Source of the DNA: Amphiscolops sp. MND2022
Taxonomy: Eukaryota
DNA: 64,000 nucleotides
NCBI GenBank assembly: GCA_964187785.1
Contig: OZ076409.1
Coordinates: 13,208,001 to 13,272,000, forward strand
Direction: 5' to 3'
This document shows positions 60,200 through 64,000 of the stretch, in pieces. The notes below the pieces were generated by a model. The model made no database searches and was not told the DNA's origin. It saw only the letters and a list, made by a program, of their open reading frames with translations. A program made the translations under genes and the position numbers. How positions within the stretch are numbered: position 1 is the stretch's first letter; each line of letters starts with the position of its first letter.

Positions 60200-63100
60200 A
60201 CAGACCGATGGAACTCAGAACAAATTGGTGCCTCTATTGGGATAGTGTACCCATGTATCTGAAAAACTCCATACGTTGGTTGAAGACTTGGATGAAAAGA
60301 TCGAGGAAAGGGAAGCTGTTGCATCCAAAAGAATTATGATTGACCTGGTAATTGAAAACCGCGAGAGAATACAAGCGTTTCTGCTTTGTTCAGGACCCCA
60401 TGTTGAGTCTCACGAAGGAAGAAACGCAAAAACAGCTCAGTCGAAGTGCGACTCAATGAGGAGAGTGCTTTGCGATATTGTAGTCGAGTTAGGTGTATTG
60501 GTCCTCCGATGTAAGGCAACTGTCAAAGAGTCCAAATGACGGCTAAAATGCGTTGAGACGGAGCCAGAGGGCAAATAGAACACTGGACAGGCATATAAGA
60601 GATGCCCTTGCACAGTAATACTGAAAGAAAGTCGTTTACATCCCACAAAACATAAATGTGTAAAGAAAGCTGCTAGTGAAAAACAATCGTTGACGCTGTA
60701 GGATCAATGATCAAGAATCGCCGGGTTTCATGGGACACAAAGTCTCTGAAGTTAGAAATTCGGTAAAGATTGTGAAATCACTAGCCGCAGAAAAGTGTAA
60801 GGTGTCATGCAAGACAACCTCGATGGGCAACAGAATAGCTGTTATCTCGAAAGCGTCCTAAAAAGAGCTATTACACCTTATAGCTTTGGAAAAGGCGATG
60901 GAGGAACTGGAAGAAATCAAGTGGTGGCTGGCTGTCCCAATATGCAAAGTTGAGATCTGAAAGAGGCAAGAGGAGACAGATAATCTCACGTAAGGTTACC
61001 AAGTTGCTAAACGCGAGGAAGAAATGCCAAGAGCCATACAAATCACCGAAAAGGAAATAGAAATAGGTAGAGCAGGGAGTAGTCGGGAAAGCTCAAGTGT
61101 TTCCTCGATACGCATTAGGAGCGATTAGTTTGAGAAAGTACCGTCGAGGTTGAATGAGAGCAACTATGACAGAAAAACTACACAAGGAAGTTGTACAAAA
61201 AACAAATGGACTTCTGAGCAGTTTAGTTGTTCAGACAAGTCCCCAATTAGTAGAACATTGCGAGAAAAAATTGAGGGCTCAAACGTAGCGATTGCTGAAT
61301 CCGAGGCAATTAAAGGAAGCTCGAAGCATCTCACAGCAGAATGGATCTGGAGGTGGTCCGATGCTTCCGTTGTTGAAACCGCACGACAAGATTTCTGTTC
61401 AAAAATCCTCTTTGTAGATAACAAACTCGTTTTGGAGGACGAGGTTCACTTGGTCATGAGCCAGTATTTGATAGTACAAACAGACGAAATTTTTGTTTAC
61501 ACAATGACGGAAACAAGGAAAGAAGAATAGCATTCGCAACAAGCAAGTAAACTTCGGAAGAATTGAGTGTGCAATTTGAAATAGTGCAAGAGAGCGCAGA
61601 AAGTAACACGGTACTACAGCACGTGGAACAATAGAAACAATTCTGCGAAAACAGTTTGGATTTGTAAAAGAGCTACGATTTGCACTGCAAAAGGATTTCA
61701 GTGATACAGCCATGAATCAAAAAAATATGCCACCATGATTTGAAATATGTCATTTATTTGACTAAAAAAACCAAAAGTAAAACAAAAGCCATGAATGCAC
61801 TTTTTGGATGAAAAACTGATTTCTACATCAAGTTGAACTTTGTTGAAGAAACTGTACCGAGTGATAGTAGTGAAAGGAGCCAATGGATTGGCAAGGAAAA
61901 CTCTGGGATGGAAATAGTCGCACAAGCTAACGGCATTGATAACGCCCAGTTGAGCAACAGCGATGGTAAGAAAAGAACTTGGAAGATTAAACCTAAATCG
62001 AACATGATACATGGAACGAAAGAAAAAGCACAGTTGGACGAAAACGGATTACAAGATAACATTATTTAGCTACATGATTTCAAAAACCATTCATCAGTGA
62101 CAAGAACAAGAACGCAAATAGGTTCTTTGAAAGCTCCAACAACAGCAAGTTGGAGCAACGGGTCTTGTAATGGGCCGGCTACAACATTCAGGACAATAGG
62201 GACTCAGTAAGTTTTTTTTGGGAAAATGGAAGTTTTTATTGATACTAATGATACTTCGGAGTCTGGTAGAAACCCAGATAATAACGAGTCGGAGTTTTGT
62301 GGTGGGAGACGCTCGGTAACTTTCTACAAACTGAAGCGACAGCGACAGCGACAGCAAGGAGATAGCAATGCAGTTACTTTGAGAAAACTAGGATGTAGCT
62401 AGGGAAAACTACGTGTCGGAAAGCAAAGCGTAGAATGTAGCGCAGCTATTGACTTCAAATTATCAAACACTCTTATCAGATCCACTGTGCACTCTGAAAA
62501 CAATAGTAAAATTTTCAGTCGCGGTAATGTTGTAAAGTCTCTTTCTCTAATGATTGAGATGATGCATGATTCAAAGTCCTTTCAAGAAAGTGGGGTCCGG
62601 AACAGGGTTATGGAACGATCAGGGAAGGCATATCTCTCGTTGACATGTCTCCCCCGTGGTCAGTCAGCTTCGATAATGAAACGTGTAGCAAAGATTGAGA
62701 AACCGGCTGGAGACGTTTCAGACAAACCTTCAAATCTACTCTTTGGATGTTGAAGTATTATGGAAGCTGAGTTAAAGGAGCTGAAGCATTTTCGTTATGC
62801 ACTATTCGAATGTTTGAAAGGAAAGCAATTGGTTGAACCAAAGGAACGTCGGACGTTGATGATGAAGTTTGTGATAATTGAGAAAGCTATGACATCAAAT
62901 GAGAAAATAGGTTTTTAGAAGCATTCGTTGTGTTATGTGAACATGTGGAAAACAATTTTAAGGTCAGCGAACTGGTATGGGCGGGAATTTCATCCCTCTT
63001 TTTGAGACGTTCTCATTCACTCACCCTGAAACTTGGCATATACATACTCGAACTGCTAACTCAATTTTTCACTCGGAACGCCCGAACCGGTATCTCCCCT

Positions 63101-64000
63101 GGGTTCCGAGCAATATGAACCGGAATGTGTGTAGGTCGACCCCTTGAATGCTCAATTTTGTCATGCAAGTTTTTATGTGATTTATATATATGATCTTGAA
63201 GGAAATGTAAGTATGTTGAAAATAATGACATTTACGTGTAAACATACTTTCGAGCCTACCTAACAATCATGCCAAAACCACCACACAGTTTGTTTACTTA
63301 GCCAATAACCTCATATTATGCTTTAATGTCATTCATTCAATTTTACATATTTTTGCTTATCTTTACTGAATTATTGAAAAACTGATTTATTTCCTTACTA
63401 TATGAAGAGTTTGAATACTGATTTGCTATAGTCAATTTGGGTCTCAGGCCCACGAGACTAATTAACTTTCCATATCTTTTTCCCACAACATTCCACATTC
63501 CATCTTTTCCACAACATTTCCCTAGAGTGAGAGCGAACAAGTGCTACTCTAATGTTGGAAGTTGCAGCGCGTGATGATACAGAGCGGGAAGTTTCTGACG
63601 GATCTCAGAGGACCCACTCTAGTGTAAAACGGGAGTGCAGGACATCCCACGGGTCACCGCCCTACGTAGCCAAAAGGTTCAGTTTTATAAAACACGAAAA
63701 CTTGGATTGTTTAGTAACAGTCCACAGTACTAAACAACGGATTCATTCGAATTAGAAATCACGAGTGGAGAACGAAGAGTTGATTCGCTGACGTTTGGAG
63801 TTATCAAGATATTAATACGAACTTGAATATCTACGTGGCCGAGACAATGATAAAGTCGACACACTTTCCAAGCTTGGTGCTATCTTTCTCAACAACTCCA
63901 ACTTGATGGACCTCCAACAACAGCTTGCCATTCTCGACGTTACTCAATTTTTTTAGTATGTTTAGTGACATAAGTTATCCGCATCTTTTCGAAGACGTCA
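60200..64000 (+). mobile_element. Second decayed Ty3/Gypsy-like remnant (boundaries uncertain)
   Basis: Clearest part is the RNase H end IR*RLELSRY*YELEYLRGRDNDKVDTLSKL (~63780-63875); weaker VFIDT (~62235, protease) and VIYIYD (~63185, RT); purine-rich gag-like upstream sequence. Confidence 0.55.

Overview
AT-rich, intron- and repeat-dense eukaryotic (metazoan, probably invertebrate) DNA; no prokaryotic features, rRNA, intact tRNA or CRISPR were found. One host gene fills ~5.6-44 kb on the + strand: a divergent single-pass transmembrane semaphorin (signal peptide, Sema, PSI, Ser/Gly stalk, TM, long Tyr/Pro/Asn-rich tail; class 1/6-like, no Ig or TSP seen). I assembled nine phase-compatible GT-AG exons (1174 codons). 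They are followed by three separate phase-0, stop-terminated candidate last exons, giving 1224, 1293 or 1282 aa. The introns hold many non-autonomous transposons. These include two families with Helentron/HINE (DINE-1-like) architecture (5' hairpin, subterminal inverted repeats, 3' stem-loop, CTTGT end, T-run insertion sites), hAT, MULE/foldback and Tc1/mariner MITEs with target-site duplications, and minisatellites. The last 18 kb is a transposon graveyard: a LINE split by a decayed Ty3/Gypsy element that is itself split by a HINE, a second LINE remnant, a ~1.26 kb head-to-tail duplication of unknown origin, and a second Gypsy remnant. All calls come from manual reading; no database searches were run.
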